Virus record (IMG/VR): IMGVR_UViG_3300020048_000056
Location: 41,798 to 105,797 of that record
Source: a virus
Direction: 5' to 3' (one strand)
DNA length: 64,000 nt
Shown here piece by piece: positions 9,316 through 19,924 of this stretch. Numbering within the stretch: position 1 is the stretch's first letter; each line of letters opens with the position of its first letter. A model generated the notes under the pieces. The model was not told the DNA's origin, searched no databases, and worked only from the letters and a program-made list of their open reading frames with translations. The position numbers were made by a program, and so were the translations under genes.

Positions 9316-12300
9316 ATGACCACCACAATAAACCAATATGCCGAAAGGGTATATGCGGAGCATCCAATTGCCCTGTGGTCACTAGATGAAACTGCATACT
9401 ATCTTGCTCTTGCCAATGACAACTCTAGACTCTTTTCAAATTGGTCATTAACTGAATGTACTTCTGACGATTCTCCAGATCTCACAGGAATCCCAGTATC
9501 CCCATTTAAAAATAGTGCAATATATTCATCTATAACTAAAACAACATCATCAGCAGGATCGATAAGGGCTTTATCTCCAATGCTTTTTGGACCATCGGAT
9601 ATTAACACCTCTGTTAAAACATTTTGCGTAAATTTCTTTTTATATCAAAAACCAACATATATTAACTACTTTCAAATTGGCATCACTTATTGGAATTCTC
9701 TTGGCATTCAGAAAGAGGTATGGTTTGATGAAACCCCTCCACCAATTAATGAATCTTGGGCTAACTTTAATCAAATATTTGATATTCCTTTTAGTTGGTC
9801 AGGGGATTTACAACTAATGATCAAGGTAGACTTTAAGGATGGTGCAGATGTTTCAGCAAGGACTCTTATCCTGAATGGACTATCAATAGGTCAAGGATCA
9901 GAAACAACATGTTACGAAAATCTTGGTAGTGAAGCAATAACTTTACCAAGTTCTACAAATATTGTGGGTCTTTCTGGTATACCTGCTGATCAGTATGGAA
10001 TTCTATCGGATAACGCTTATTACCTTGTTAGAGAAAATAATCTTTTAGCCTATAATGATGGATTCCCCATAATTTTTGGTACAGGAAGTTCTACTAAGTT
10101 ATATCCTTCTGGAGTGAATCTTCCATCATTAATTTTTCCTGGTAAAGGAATGCTAAACGAAGCAGGTAGAAATAAAAAATATACCCTAGAGGCTTGGATT
10201 CAAATTGATCCAAAAACAACATCTGCCATAAAGATCTTAGGACCATTATCAGGAACAGATGGAATCTATGTAAAAGAAGGTTTTATTACTTTAGTGGTTG
10301 GGGACAACATATCCTCTCATTGTGTTTCTGAATGGTACAGGCCAATGCTTATTCATATTCAAATAAAAGACAACAATGTTGTTCTTCTTATTAATGGTGA
10401 AGAGGTTGCAAATGTTTTAATTGATAAGAAAACTATAAACCTACCAAATGATACAGATTGGTGGGGGGTATATTCTTATCCATCAATAAATATGTTTAAG
10501 ATTGATGCTATATCTATCTATCCATACATAGTCTCAGCAATTGCTGCAAAAAGAAGGTTCGTTTATGGTCAAGGAACTCCTGCAATTCAATCGATAAATA
10601 ATGGATTTTCTGGAACAGCCGTAACCATAGACTTCTCTACAGCAGAGTATAGTTCAAACATAATTTATCCAGACATTGCTCGTTGGGATGCAGGGTATTT
10701 CAATAACCTAAATGCTACAAAGGACTATATATCAGTTCCAGATTATACACTTCCAGAAATAAATATTAACGGTAGAGATATTCAGGAATGGTATAGAGAT
10801 AATCGTGTCGTTTATGGACTAGAATATCCATTAAATAATAGTCCAAACTTTATTACATTCAGACCAAATATCACTTACGATATAGACGGAAATCCTATAT
10901 CATGGAGTACCGAAGGAATAAATTATACTTCTGACGAGCAATCCTATTTAAATTTTCCAAGTTTAAATGTTTTAAATGATCCAGTTTCAACAATATATGG
11001 AATATTTGAAGCAGAGCAAAACTTAACCATTGGAAGAACTTTAATGAGTTTTGTAAATATCACAAATGGAGAAACGTTTGAGATAACAATTACTTTCGAT
11101 CCAGATACTGAATTAAACTTAATTAAATACTTTATAAATAACACTGAGTTAGAGTCAGCAAGGCAGTCAGTTACCACTGGAATAGAATGTCTTGTTGGAA
11201 TTAATATTGAAGCACTTGGTATAGAGTTTGGGTATGAAGTTTCTAAATTCTTTTCTTCTCCAACATCAATACAGTTGTTTGTTGGTGGTAATGGCAATAA
11301 TACCTTTGAAGGAAAGATATATTTGGTTGGATTTTCAAATCAAACGAATTACAATGAAATATCTACAAACTTTTTATCAAACGGTACAGCAATAAACGAT
11401 AGGTATGAATTACTGTTCGATCATATTGCAAGTTACACATTAATACCAGAACTAGAGTATGGTCATCTGTTCCTAGACATATCGGTATCATCTTCTTGGG
11501 AAGAATATTTTCCCTTAACTTATTTTGCAAGTTACGTTAAAGATGAAAATGGAAACCCATATTATGACTTAGACATGTTGCAAATAAATTTGGGATATGT
11601 GTCCGTTGAGTCAAATGTTGTTTGGACATATCAAGAACTTAGAGATGCTTATGTGGGGCAAACCTACCAAGATCTAAAAGATTCAATCTATTCAAATTAC
11701 TTTAATCTTAGTAAAAACAATACAACGGGGAACTCAGTAAACATCTCTAACTCATCCCTTCAATCATACATGACATTCCAATCACTTTCTGATGGAGCCA
11801 ATTCACCAATATCTGATTTTCCATATACAAAAGAACTTATAAGCAGCAAGGTTATTGATCCAGATTTAGAGAATACAGAACTGTTTCCTCAAAGAGCATA
11901 TGAAACAAAGTTTTCATTTAACGACAATGTAATTGTTTATCCACCTAAAACAAATAATTTTGAAGACTATGCCCTAGTCGTACATTTTCAGATAAATCAA
12001 AGATCTATTCTGAAGAATCCATTAAAGGTTAAGAGTTTTGAAATAACATCTAAGAATCTTAATTATGCAAGCATAACTAATCCAAAAACCCAAAGGAATT
12101 ATGTTGGAACAAAGTTTGGAACAAAGATAAATCCAGAAATAGATATATTTGGAGTGCTAGATGGAAAGAGCAAGAATCCATATCTAATATACAAGACAGC
12201 GACTCCCTACATATATAAAACTGGAAAGTCTGGAATTAGAGTTATAAACCAGTCATCAATATCTCTTGAAACTTTAGATCAATATCAAGTAAGTATTCCA

Positions 12301-13122
12301 GTAAACTCTAATAGTTCATACGACTTTAAAGTAGCAGCATTAACGTTTTTCCTTATGGGGAATATTGCAGATGGATCAGATCAAATACCCCTTATTGAAA
12401 TAAAACATAAAGATGGAATAATCACCTTAGTATTAAATAAAACAGAAACTGAGACTAACATAAAGGTATATAGTAGAGCGATTAATACATTTGTTAATGG
12501 AGGTTACTCAGATACTGTTTTATGGACAGACTATTGGGATTGTGGAACATCTAGTACTCTTCCAAATGTATTTATAGATGTATCAGTAGGATCTCTAGAT
12601 CAAACCAACATTCCAGATAATTACGTTGAAATTGATGGAGTCAGTTTCTATCAAAATGGAAGGTATGTCAAGAATCCTTCAATAAAAAATGATGAATGGA
12701 ATTCTATAGGTCTTTCCTTTGCAGAGGAACTTAATTTTGATGGGTATCCCGATGGGAACATTAAGATATTCGGAGGGTTCACCTTTAATGACATATCATA
12801 TTACCTATCAGAAGGAATGGGCATTCAAAGAGATATTAATGCTCGTACATGGCAAAAGGTACTTGATAGTGATTATGCAGGAGATCCCATCATCCCTGAC
12901 AACCTTTGGTCATACTGGTCAGCAGAAGACAGAAAATGGCAAAGTGTGTATGAACTTAGTAAGTCATCTTCATACCTAAGTACCCCAGCAAATATTTATC
13001 AAGCATATACTGGTACGAATAGGTACATTATTGATGACAACTCAGGTATTGAGTTAAATCAAACACAAACTTCCGTATTGACAGACGTATCTTGGTCTGC
13101 ATATACTGGTAAACCCGTATAA
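9316..13122 (+). CDS. Large virion structural protein with LamG/ConA-like domain
   Basis: N-terminal 'EHPIALWSLDE'; beta-rich 'YTLEAWI...LLINGEEV' segment; lies just before the portal. Confidence 0.65.
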   Translation: MTTTINQYAERVYAEHPIALWSLDETAYYLALANDNSRLFSNWSLTECTSDDSPDLTGIPVSPFKNSAIYSSITKTTSSAGSIRALSPMLFGPSDINTSVKTFCVNFFLYQKPTYINYFQIGITYWNSLGIQKEVWFDETPPPINESWANFNQIFDIPFSWSGDLQLMIKVDFKDGADVSARTLILNGLSIGQGSETTCYENLGSEAITLPSSTNIVGLSGIPADQYGILSDNAYYLVRENNLLAYNDGFPIIFGTGSSTKLYPSGVNLPSLIFPGKGMLNEAGRNKKYTLEAWIQIDPKTTSAIKILGPLSGTDGIYVKEGFITLVVGDNISSHCVSEWYRPMLIHIQIKDNNVVLLINGEEVANVLIDKKTINLPNDTDWWGVYSYPSINMFKIDAISIYPYIVSAIAAKRRFVYGQGTPAIQSINNGFSGTAVTIDFSTAEYSSNIIYPDIARWDAGYFNNLNATKDYISVPDYTLPEININGRDIQEWYRDNRVVYGLEYPLNNSPNFITFRPNITYDIDGNPISWSTEGINYTSDEQSYLNFPSLNVLNDPVSTIYGIFEAEQNLTIGRTLMSFVNITNGETFEITITFDPDTELNLIKYFINNTELESARQSVTTGIECLVGINIEALGIEFGYEVSKFFSSPTSIQLFVGGNGNNTFEGKIYLVGFSNQTNYNEISTNFLSNGTAINDRYELLFDHIASYTLIPELEYGHLFLDISVSSSWEEYFPLTYFASYVKDENGNPYYDLDMLQINLGYVSVESNVVWTYQELRDAYVGQTYQDLKDSIYSNYFNLSKNNTTGNSVNISNSSLQSYMTFQSLSDGANSPISDFPYTKELISSKVIDPDLENTELFPQRAYETKFSFNDNVIVYPPKTNNFEDYALVVHFQINQRSILKNPLKVKSFEITSKNLNYASITNPKTQRNYVGTKFGTKINPEIDIFGVLDGKSKNPYLIYKTATPYIYKTGKSGIRVINQSSISLETLDQYQVSIPVNSNSSYDFKVAALTFFLMGNIADGSDQIPLIEIKHKDGIITLVLNKTETETNIKVYSRAINTFVNGGYSDTVLWTDYWDCGTSSTLPNVFIDVSVGSLDQTNIPDNYVEIDGVSFYQNGRYVKNPSIKNDEWNSIGLSFAEELNFDGYPDGNIKIFGGFTFNDISYYLSEGMGIQRDINARTWQKVLDSDYAGDPIIPDNLWSYWSAEDRKWQSVYELSKSSSYLSTPANIYQAYTGTNRYIIDDNSGIELNQTQTSVLTDVSWSAYTGKPV

Positions 13123-13140
13123 TCTGGTACAATTGTGGTT

Positions 13141-13533
13141 ATGAGTAATGAAAAAAGAGAAAAAGTTGGTAAGTCCAAGGTAACTGTAATGAATGTGGGA
13201 GATGCCCAAAAGAAGCACTTTGGATATGAGTGGGGTATGTATTTTTGGAAACTACCAGATGGTCACTTATTTGGTGATGGAGAAGGAAGACTCCTTAATA
13301 TTCCATCAGTTAAGGGAGACATTGGACAGATGGCAAAGATTAGATCAGAAGCAGCAATTAATGGTCAGCCAGATGGAGAAGCATGGTTCTATGCAGGGGC
13401 AGGAAGAGCAACTGATGAAGAATATAGCGAACAGTTAAATAGACTTGAGGAAGGACTCATCCCATCTCTTAATGATTTTGGGGCAGTCGCAGCAGCAAAG
13501 AGATCCTTAGAAGTATATGGAGAGGTTGACTAA
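13141..13533 (+). CDS. Hypothetical protein upstream of portal
   Basis: TGGTACAAT at 13125-13133, then 7 nt to ATG 13141. Confidence 0.7.
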   Translation: MSNEKREKVGKSKVTVMNVGDAQKKHFGYEWGMYFWKLPDGHLFGDGEGRLLNIPSVKGDIGQMAKIRSEAAINGQPDGEAWFYAGAGRATDEEYSEQLNRLEEGLIPSLNDFGAVAAAKRSLEVYGEVD

Positions 13534-15161
13534 TGGCTGACTTCCTAATTGATGCAAAACTAGCAGACCAAATAATCCAGAACGAGTTTGCAGATTCAGA
13601 TCCATTTAATAAAACTGTAGATGATCTTCTTGGTCTTAGAGGAATAAATAAAAACTTTAAGAGAAGAATGACTAGAGTTGAAAAAGCAAATACCACAATT
13701 AATAACGTCCCCCGTCAAGCAGATGGACAAATTTCTGAACGATATTTAAGTGACTCAAAGGCTGTAGGGCAGAATACAGATCATACTGTAGGGTCAAAGA
13801 AGATTAATCCTGGCCAAGTGTATCGAAATGGATATGGAATCTTTGACCTTATTACTCCCCCATACAATCTTTATGAACTTTCAGCATATTACGATACATC
13901 ATTTGCAAACCATGCGGCGGTAGATGCTAAGGTATCAAATACTGTTGGCCTTGGATATGACTTTGAAATGACAACCAACACTCTTATGAGAATTGAAGAT
14001 ACTAAAGATGATGCTAAAAAGTTAGGTGCTAAAAGAAAAATTGAAAGACTTAAGATTCAGATGGGTGATTGGGTTGAAAGTCTAAATGATGATGATAGTT
14101 TAACTAAGACTCTTGAAAAAGTTGTAACAGATATGCAGGCTACAGGAAATGGCTTTATTGAAGTAGGCCGCACAGTAACAGGAGAGATTGGATATGTTGG
14201 ACATATCCCAGCAACCACAATGCGCGTTCGTCGTCTGCATGATGGATATATTCAGATCATTGCTGGAACCATCACATACTTCCGTAACTTTGGTGCAACC
14301 AATCCTAATCCCGTTACAGATGACAATCGTCCAAATGAAGTTCTTCATCTTAAAGAATATTCACCACTTAATACATTCTATGGTGTTCCAGACATTATTG
14401 CCGCAATGACTTCCCTGCAAGGCGACCAGATGGCTGCACGATACAATATCGACTACTTTGAGAACAAAGCAGTACCACGTTACATCATTACAGTCAAGGG
14501 TGCAAAACTAACCCCAGAAGCAGAAGATAAGTTATTTAGATTCTTCCAAACGGGTTTAAAGGGGCAGTCACATAGAACTCTATACATTCCACTTCCTGGT
14601 GATAGTGAAGGAAGTAAGATTGAGTTTGAAATGCATCCAGTAGAGAATGGTGTACAAGAAGCATCATTTAATGAATACCGTTTGCGTAATCGTGATGACA
14701 TCCTTATGGCTCATCAAGTACCTCTTTCAAAACTAGGCGGGGTAGATACAGGATCTCTTGCATCAGCAATGACACAAGATAGAACCTTCCGTGATCAAGT
14801 AGCAAAGCCACTACAAGAATATGTTGAGAAGGCTGTAAATAAACTTATTAAAGAAAAGACAGACATCATTAGACTTAGATTTAAGCAAGTAAGTCTTACT
14901 GACGAAATTGCTGAATCTCAGATTCTTGAGCGTTATGTTAAGAACAAGATTCTTGTTCCAAATGAGGCACGCGAAAAGATTGGTATGCCACAGATTGAGG
15001 GTGGAGATATTCCTTTAGAGTTAACTCCTCGTCAAGCAACTGATACTCGTGCGAACATGGCACAGAACAGAACAAGAGATACTGAGCGTTCTAACAATCA
15101 ATCCGATGGAGCAGGAGCCGTTAGTGGAAGGAACCCTAAGGGTGCTGGACCAAAGGTTTAA
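13533..15161 (+). CDS. Portal protein
   Basis: TGNGFIEV, EVLHLKEYSP..FYGVPD, YFENKAVP and ILVPNEAREKIG motifs; precedes the protease and capsid genes. Confidence 0.92.
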   Translation: MADFLIDAKLADQIIQNEFADSDPFNKTVDDLLGLRGINKNFKRRMTRVEKANTTINNVPRQADGQISERYLSDSKAVGQNTDHTVGSKKINPGQVYRNGYGIFDLITPPYNLYELSAYYDTSFANHAAVDAKVSNTVGLGYDFEMTTNTLMRIEDTKDDAKKLGAKRKIERLKIQMGDWVESLNDDDSLTKTLEKVVTDMQATGNGFIEVGRTVTGEIGYVGHIPATTMRVRRLHDGYIQIIAGTITYFRNFGATNPNPVTDDNRPNEVLHLKEYSPLNTFYGVPDIIAAMTSLQGDQMAARYNIDYFENKAVPRYIITVKGAKLTPEAEDKLFRFFQTGLKGQSHRTLYIPLPGDSEGSKIEFEMHPVENGVQEASFNEYRLRNRDDILMAHQVPLSKLGGVDTGSLASAMTQDRTFRDQVAKPLQEYVEKAVNKLIKEKTDIIRLRFKQVSLTDEIAESQILERYVKNKILVPNEAREKIGMPQIEGGDIPLELTPRQATDTRANMAQNRTRDTERSNNQSDGAGAVSGRNPKGAGPKV

Positions 15162-15199
15162 TAACAATTGTATAAACATGATGTATAATAGAAAGTAAT

Positions 15200-16744
15200 A
15201 TGGACATTAATAAGGCAAGTTGGTCTACAAATGACAATCATATTCGTCTTTCTATGCCAATTAATAAGATAGATAAGGAACGCAGAATCGTTACTGGTTT
15301 CGCTACTCTTGATAACCTTGATCGTCAAGGAGATGTTGTTCCAAAGGAAGCAAGCCTTAAGGCTTTTGAATCCTTTCGTGGAAACATTCGTGAGATGCAT
15401 CAGCCTATCGCTGTTGGCAAGGTAGTTTCTTTTAAGGAAGACACTTATTTTGATCCAGAATCAAAGAGTTTCTATAATGGCATTGTTGTTTCTGCATACG
15501 TTAGTAAAGGGGCACAGGATACTTGGGAAAAGGTTCTTGATGGAACTCTTACAGGATTCTCTATTGGTGGAGAGATTCATGACTCAGAAAATGTATTTGA
15601 TGAAGATATGGGTAAGACTTATCAAGTAATCAAAGAATATTCACTTAGTGAATTATCCTTGGTAGATAATCCAGCAAATCAATTTGCTAATGTATTTAGT
15701 ATCGAAAAGGGTATTGCTACTGGATACCTTTCAAAGACAGCAACTGAAAATGTTTATTGGTGCAGGAAGTGTGACATTGTAAAAATGTCTTCTGCATCAT
15801 CTTGCGTTTGCCCACAATGTGATGCATCAATGAATAGCATTGGTTTTGTTGAGAGCAATGACGCTGAAAAAGCAATGGTTGTTAAAACAATGGTTTCTGA
15901 AATAAAGAAAAGTGAAATTCAAAAGGGAATAGAAGTTGGTTCGTATGTCAAATCAAGTGACGGATATGCTCGTGTATCTGAGATAATCTTCCATGGTGGA
16001 GCAAGACTATCATCCCAAGAAGTAGCAATAATGGCGAAGTCAAGTGATCCAGTTGTTGTGCTTAAGGTATATTCACAAAATGACGGTACAATAGTACCTA
16101 CCAATCGTCGTATTGTTAAAAATATTTCTTCATTAGAAAAGATTAATACGATTAGTAAATCAGAGGAGGTAAGTAATATGAACTCAGACATTATCATTGT
16201 AGATGAGATTGAAAAGAGCATGAGTGAAGAGCAGGTTAATCCTCCAGAGGAGACTGCTATTCCCGTAACTGTAACAGATCACACAAATTCTGAAGCAGCA
16301 AAAGCAATCGAAGTCGAAATTGAAGAAGATGATTCAGAAGATTCTGCTGATGAAGCAGAGGACATGACTGAAGAAGATTCTATGGGAGAAGATATGAAAG
16401 AAGAGGTTGCCGTTAAAATGGATACACCTAGTGATGAAACTACCATGAAAATGGTTGGTGAAATTGCTGAGACTCTTTCAGCAACTCTCTCTACCCTTGC
16501 AGAAACAGTAAAGGCTCTTGATGCCAAGATTGAAGGCATTCATAAGTCAATTACTGGACTAAGTGGCGAGGTAGATGAAGTAAAAAATAGTTTTGGTAAG
16601 CGTGTCGATGCAGTCGAAAAAGACACCGCTTTCCGTAAATCTGCTGATCTTGGCGAGATCTTGCAGGAAGAACCAGTTATGGAGAAGTCAATGACTTCCA
16701 CATGGAACGGTCGTTTCCTCACAAATGCCGATCTATTTAACTAA
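15200..16744 (+). CDS. HK97-type prohead protease fused to Zn-ribbon, Tudor-like insert and acidic scaffold
   Basis: RIVTGFAT...DRQGD, REMH, GFSIGG, ELSLVDNPAN; CxxC..CxxC; acidic/coiled-coil C-terminus. Confidence 0.9.
   Translation: MDINKASWSTNDNHIRLSMPINKIDKERRIVTGFATLDNLDRQGDVVPKEASLKAFESFRGNIREMHQPIAVGKVVSFKEDTYFDPESKSFYNGIVVSAYVSKGAQDTWEKVLDGTLTGFSIGGEIHDSENVFDEDMGKTYQVIKEYSLSELSLVDNPANQFANVFSIEKGIATGYLSKTATENVYWCRKCDIVKMSSASSCVCPQCDASMNSIGFVESNDAEKAMVVKTMVSEIKKSEIQKGIEVGSYVKSSDGYARVSEIIFHGGARLSSQEVAIMAKSSDPVVVLKVYSQNDGTIVPTNRRIVKNISSLEKINTISKSEEVSNMNSDIIIVDEIEKSMSEEQVNPPEETAIPVTVTDHTNSEAAKAIEVEIEEDDSEDSADEAEDMTEEDSMGEDMKEEVAVKMDTPSDETTMKMVGEIAETLSATLSTLAETVKALDAKIEGIHKSITGLSGEVDEVKNSFGKRVDAVEKDTAFRKSADLGEILQEEPVMEKSMTSTWNGRFLTNADLFN
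16178..16744 (+). CDS. Putative nested scaffold protein (in-frame internal start)
   Basis: GGAGGT at 16165-16170, 7 nt, in-frame ATG 16178. Confidence 0.6.
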   Translation: MNSDIIIVDEIEKSMSEEQVNPPEETAIPVTVTDHTNSEAAKAIEVEIEEDDSEDSADEAEDMTEEDSMGEDMKEEVAVKMDTPSDETTMKMVGEIAETLSATLSTLAETVKALDAKIEGIHKSITGLSGEVDEVKNSFGKRVDAVEKDTAFRKSADLGEILQEEPVMEKSMTSTWNGRFLTNADLFN

Positions 16745-16778
16745 AATAACAGAAAGAAATTCAGGAGGTGAAAGTCAA

Positions 16779-17915
16779 ATGACAGAAATTATTAAGAATC
16801 AGCCATCCGATACTGGTGAATACGGCGATCCAAGTCCAGGTTTATACCAAGGACAGGGCGCAGTTGCCAACCTCGGAATTGGTGGAACAGAAGGCGTCAT
16901 GGGAGGCGATGCTTGGGGAACCCCAGGTAACATTCCTAACGCAAACTATGGAGATCTATCAGGACCAAACGCAGTTAATCCAACTGGCGTTCCTGGCGGT
17001 ATCCTCAACCCAGAGCAGGCTCGTCGTTTTATCGACTACGTTTGGGATGCAACAGTTCTCGCACAAGATGGTCGTAGAGTTACAATGCGTGCAAACACGA
17101 TTGAACTTGAGAAGGTCAATGTTGGAGAGCGCGTAATTCGTGCTGCAAATCAGGCACTTGGCGATTATGTCAATGCTGGTGCAACATTCACAAAGGTTGA
17201 GTTGACAACAAAGAAGATCCGTTTGGATTGGGAAGTTGCAACAGAGGCTCTTGAAGATAACATCGAAGGCTCAGCATTAGAGGATCACTTGGTCCGCTTG
17301 ATGACAAACGCATTCGGTAACGATCTTGAGGATCTTGCTATCAATGGCGATGGAGGTATTGATCCATTCCTAGGTATCATGAACGGCTTTGTTAATCAGG
17401 TCCAGTTCTCTGGCGATGCTCACGAAGCAGTTGTTGATGTTACAGGTGGATGGACCCCAGAGGTCATGCAAGAAATCATCTATGCACTTCCACGCAAGTA
17501 CCGTGCAATCAAGACTGGCCTAAAGTTCTATGCAGGTACAGATGTATTCGCAAACATCGTTAGAAATAACGGTACACTTGCAGATGCTATCTCTGAGGCA
17601 CTTATGCCACGAGTCAGCGGTACTCCAGGCCGTCGTGAGGATTACCTTTCAGGTGGTGCTCAGACATTTGGTGGCGCTCGCACAACTCGCGTTCTTGGTA
17701 TCGATGTTCAGGAAGTTCCTTACTACCCTGCGGACTTTGTAGATCTTACATTCCCACAGAACCGTGTATGGGGATTCCAACGCGATATCACAGTTAATCG
17801 TGAGTACAAGCCAAAGAAGGACACAATTGAGTACACAGTATTCGTCCGTTTTGGTCTTACTTGGGAAGAACTAGACGCAGTTGCTTATGCAGATACAAAC
17901 CCATTCACATCCTAA
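16779..17915 (+). CDS. Major capsid protein (HK97 fold)
   Basis: AGGAGGTG SD, ATG 16779; GGILNPEQARRFID, EALEDNIEG, EDLAINGD. Confidence 0.92.
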   Translation: MTEIIKNQPSDTGEYGDPSPGLYQGQGAVANLGIGGTEGVMGGDAWGTPGNIPNANYGDLSGPNAVNPTGVPGGILNPEQARRFIDYVWDATVLAQDGRRVTMRANTIELEKVNVGERVIRAANQALGDYVNAGATFTKVELTTKKIRLDWEVATEALEDNIEGSALEDHLVRLMTNAFGNDLEDLAINGDGGIDPFLGIMNGFVNQVQFSGDAHEAVVDVTGGWTPEVMQEIIYALPRKYRAIKTGLKFYAGTDVFANIVRNNGTLADAISEALMPRVSGTPGRREDYLSGGAQTFGGARTTRVLGIDVQEVPYYPADFVDLTFPQNRVWGFQRDITVNREYKPKKDTIEYTVFVRFGLTWEELDAVAYADTNPFTS

Positions 17916-17936
17916 TCAAGTGATGTGACTGTTTTT

Positions 17937-17964
17937 GGGGAGTAGCCTTTCGAGGTTGCTCCCC
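17937..17964 (+). terminator. Hairpin terminator after the capsid gene
   Basis: GGGGAGTAGCCT-TTCG-AGGTTGCTCCCC. Confidence 0.8.
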
Positions 17965-18008
17965 TTAAGCATATAATGATATAATTACAATAAGAAAAGG
18001 AGTTGCAC

Positions 18009-18443
18009 ATGTCTGAAGAAATTTTAGAAGAATCACTGGAAGTACCAAAAGCCGATAAGGTAATGGAACCAGTTGAAGTCGTAGTTGGTAAACTTGTAGA
18101 AGTTAAAGAAGATGCTCCAGAACTGGTAACTCAAAAAGTTATCTCTGGTCCAAAAAAGACAAGAGCGCCAAAGAAGTCAAACGTTCAGGCAAAGAGCAAT
18201 AACGCTATTGGTTCAGGAGCAGCAGATAGAGCATTGGCAAGAAAGGTAGATACAACAAAGCCAAAGCGAGATGAATCTGAGATGATAGCGCTTTGGTCAG
18301 ACAAGAATATTAGATGGTCAGATGTTGGAACTATCTGTAAGGGTTATAATATTGTATCTAAGGAGGCAGCCGTAAAGTGGACTTCAAAGGCTGGTATCCG
18401 CGAGGCTACCCCAGAAGAAGTTGCAACATACTACGGCGCATAA
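18009..18443 (+). CDS. Hypothetical head-associated protein
   Basis: TGATATAAT at 17977, AGGAG SD; C-terminal KGYNIV...IREATPEEVA. Confidence 0.7.
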   Translation: MSEEILEESLEVPKADKVMEPVEVVVGKLVEVKEDAPELVTQKVISGPKKTRAPKKSNVQAKSNNAIGSGAADRALARKVDTTKPKRDESEMIALWSDKNIRWSDVGTICKGYNIVSKEAAVKWTSKAGIREATPEEVATYYGA

Positions 18444-18446
18444 TAT

Positions 18447-19436
18447 ATGGAGATTACCAGATTACAACCATTCCCATTAGTATTTAATCATTCAGGGTTT
18501 GAGCCAGAAACTGATTATGTTCTGGCCATCCTTGATGATCATGCAACTGATCTTGTAGAGATCGCTACGGCTAGTGATATAGATGGAAATATCATCACTC
18601 CTTTACCTGCTTATTTTTCTAGATATGATGATGAGTATCGTGGAGAAGTTTATTATAGTTTGGGGGTAGATCCAGTAACTGGACTAAATATTCGTGGAGA
18701 TCTTCTTTGGATAGATACTATTACCATCATGCGACCATATGTTGACCCAGACGTATTGGCTGATACTCCAGATGATACTGCTGATGCAAAGATGTATGAA
18801 GCAATTGCTCGTGCGATTATCAATTCAATTACTGGTGGATTCATGTATAAGCGTGAAGTTATTGAAACAGTTGGTTTAGGCGCTGATTATCTATCTGTAC
18901 CATTTAGACTTAATAAGATTATTAGAGTATACGAAAATGATGTTGTAGTTTATGATACAGAGCCTCTAGATCCCACAACTTGGGTTAATAGAAGAGAGTA
19001 CTACATCTCACCAGATAAGGCCACCATAAGCGTTGTAATGCCTAATACGACAGGATACAATCGTATGCAGTCCAAAGCGGTACAGCCACAAATGCCTGCA
19101 TCAGATTCTTTTACCTTGTATAACACAAATGATTCACCAAATATTATTCAGAATATTACTGGAAGCCCCATGTTCCCTTCTGGCTGGGACTATACTGTAA
19201 TAGTTGATGCTGGATGGCCAATCATTCCTCAAGATATTAAGCAAGCAACACTGTTGATTGTTAATGATCTCAAGTGTAATAATATTCCATACATCAACTC
19301 CTACATTAAAAGTTACAAGAGTGATCAATTCACCCTACAATTCGCTGACGATGTTTTCACAGATACGGGAAATCGTATTGCAGATAAGATTCTTTCTGCA
19401 TACGTCCGACCAATCTATCGCCTAGGTGTACTGTAA
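18447..19436 (+). CDS. Head-to-tail adaptor
   Basis: ARAIINSITG, GWPIIPQDIKQATLLIV, TGNRIADKILSAY; position in the module. Confidence 0.75.
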   Translation: MEITRLQPFPLVFNHSGFEPETDYVLAILDDHATDLVEIATASDIDGNIITPLPAYFSRYDDEYRGEVYYSLGVDPVTGLNIRGDLLWIDTITIMRPYVDPDVLADTPDDTADAKMYEAIARAIINSITGGFMYKREVIETVGLGADYLSVPFRLNKIIRVYENDVVVYDTEPLDPTTWVNRREYYISPDKATISVVMPNTTGYNRMQSKAVQPQMPASDSFTLYNTNDSPNIIQNITGSPMFPSGWDYTVIVDAGWPIIPQDIKQATLLIVNDLKCNNIPYINSYIKSYKSDQFTLQFADDVFTDTGNRIADKILSAYVRPIYRLGVL

Positions 19437-19924
19437 TGGCTGGATTATTTGGAACAAATGTATGCGATAGTCTATTTTTTCAAATGCAATCAGATATATA
19501 TTATGCAACTGAGTCACAGGATAAGTATGGAAAGATAGATAAGGATTGGTCCTTTGATATGGTTGAACCTTGCTCATTCTATACATTAGGAGATAAGAGC
19601 AATGATGATAACTTTAATTTTGAGGATAAAAGATTCTATAAGTTAGAGACAATGCTTTATGGTAGATTTGCTACCGATCCCCGCAAAGATTCATCAGGCT
19701 TGTATCATCCACTATCTCACATCCTTGTATCTAATATTCGTGGGGCAACCTGTAATGAAGAAACATTCTTTATTGAAAGTAATGGAGACTATGCAGGCAA
19801 GCCAACAATCTTTGAAATTAAGACCTGTCAGCCCTTTGTTGGACCCTTCAACACTGTTGAGTACTACAAGATCCAATTAGAAAGATCAGATACTCAGGAG
19901 TTGAATCCCATTGTTAACTGCTAA
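19436..19924 (+). CDS. Head-to-tail stopper (putative)
   Basis: Synteny; 'QDKYGKI.K.W' motif. Confidence 0.55.
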   Translation: MAGLFGTNVCDSLFFQMQSDIYYATESQDKYGKIDKDWSFDMVEPCSFYTLGDKSNDDNFNFEDKRFYKLETMLYGRFATDPRKDSSGLYHPLSHILVSNIRGATCNEETFFIESNGDYAGKPTIFEIKTCQPFVGPFNTVEYYKIQLERSDTQELNPIVNC

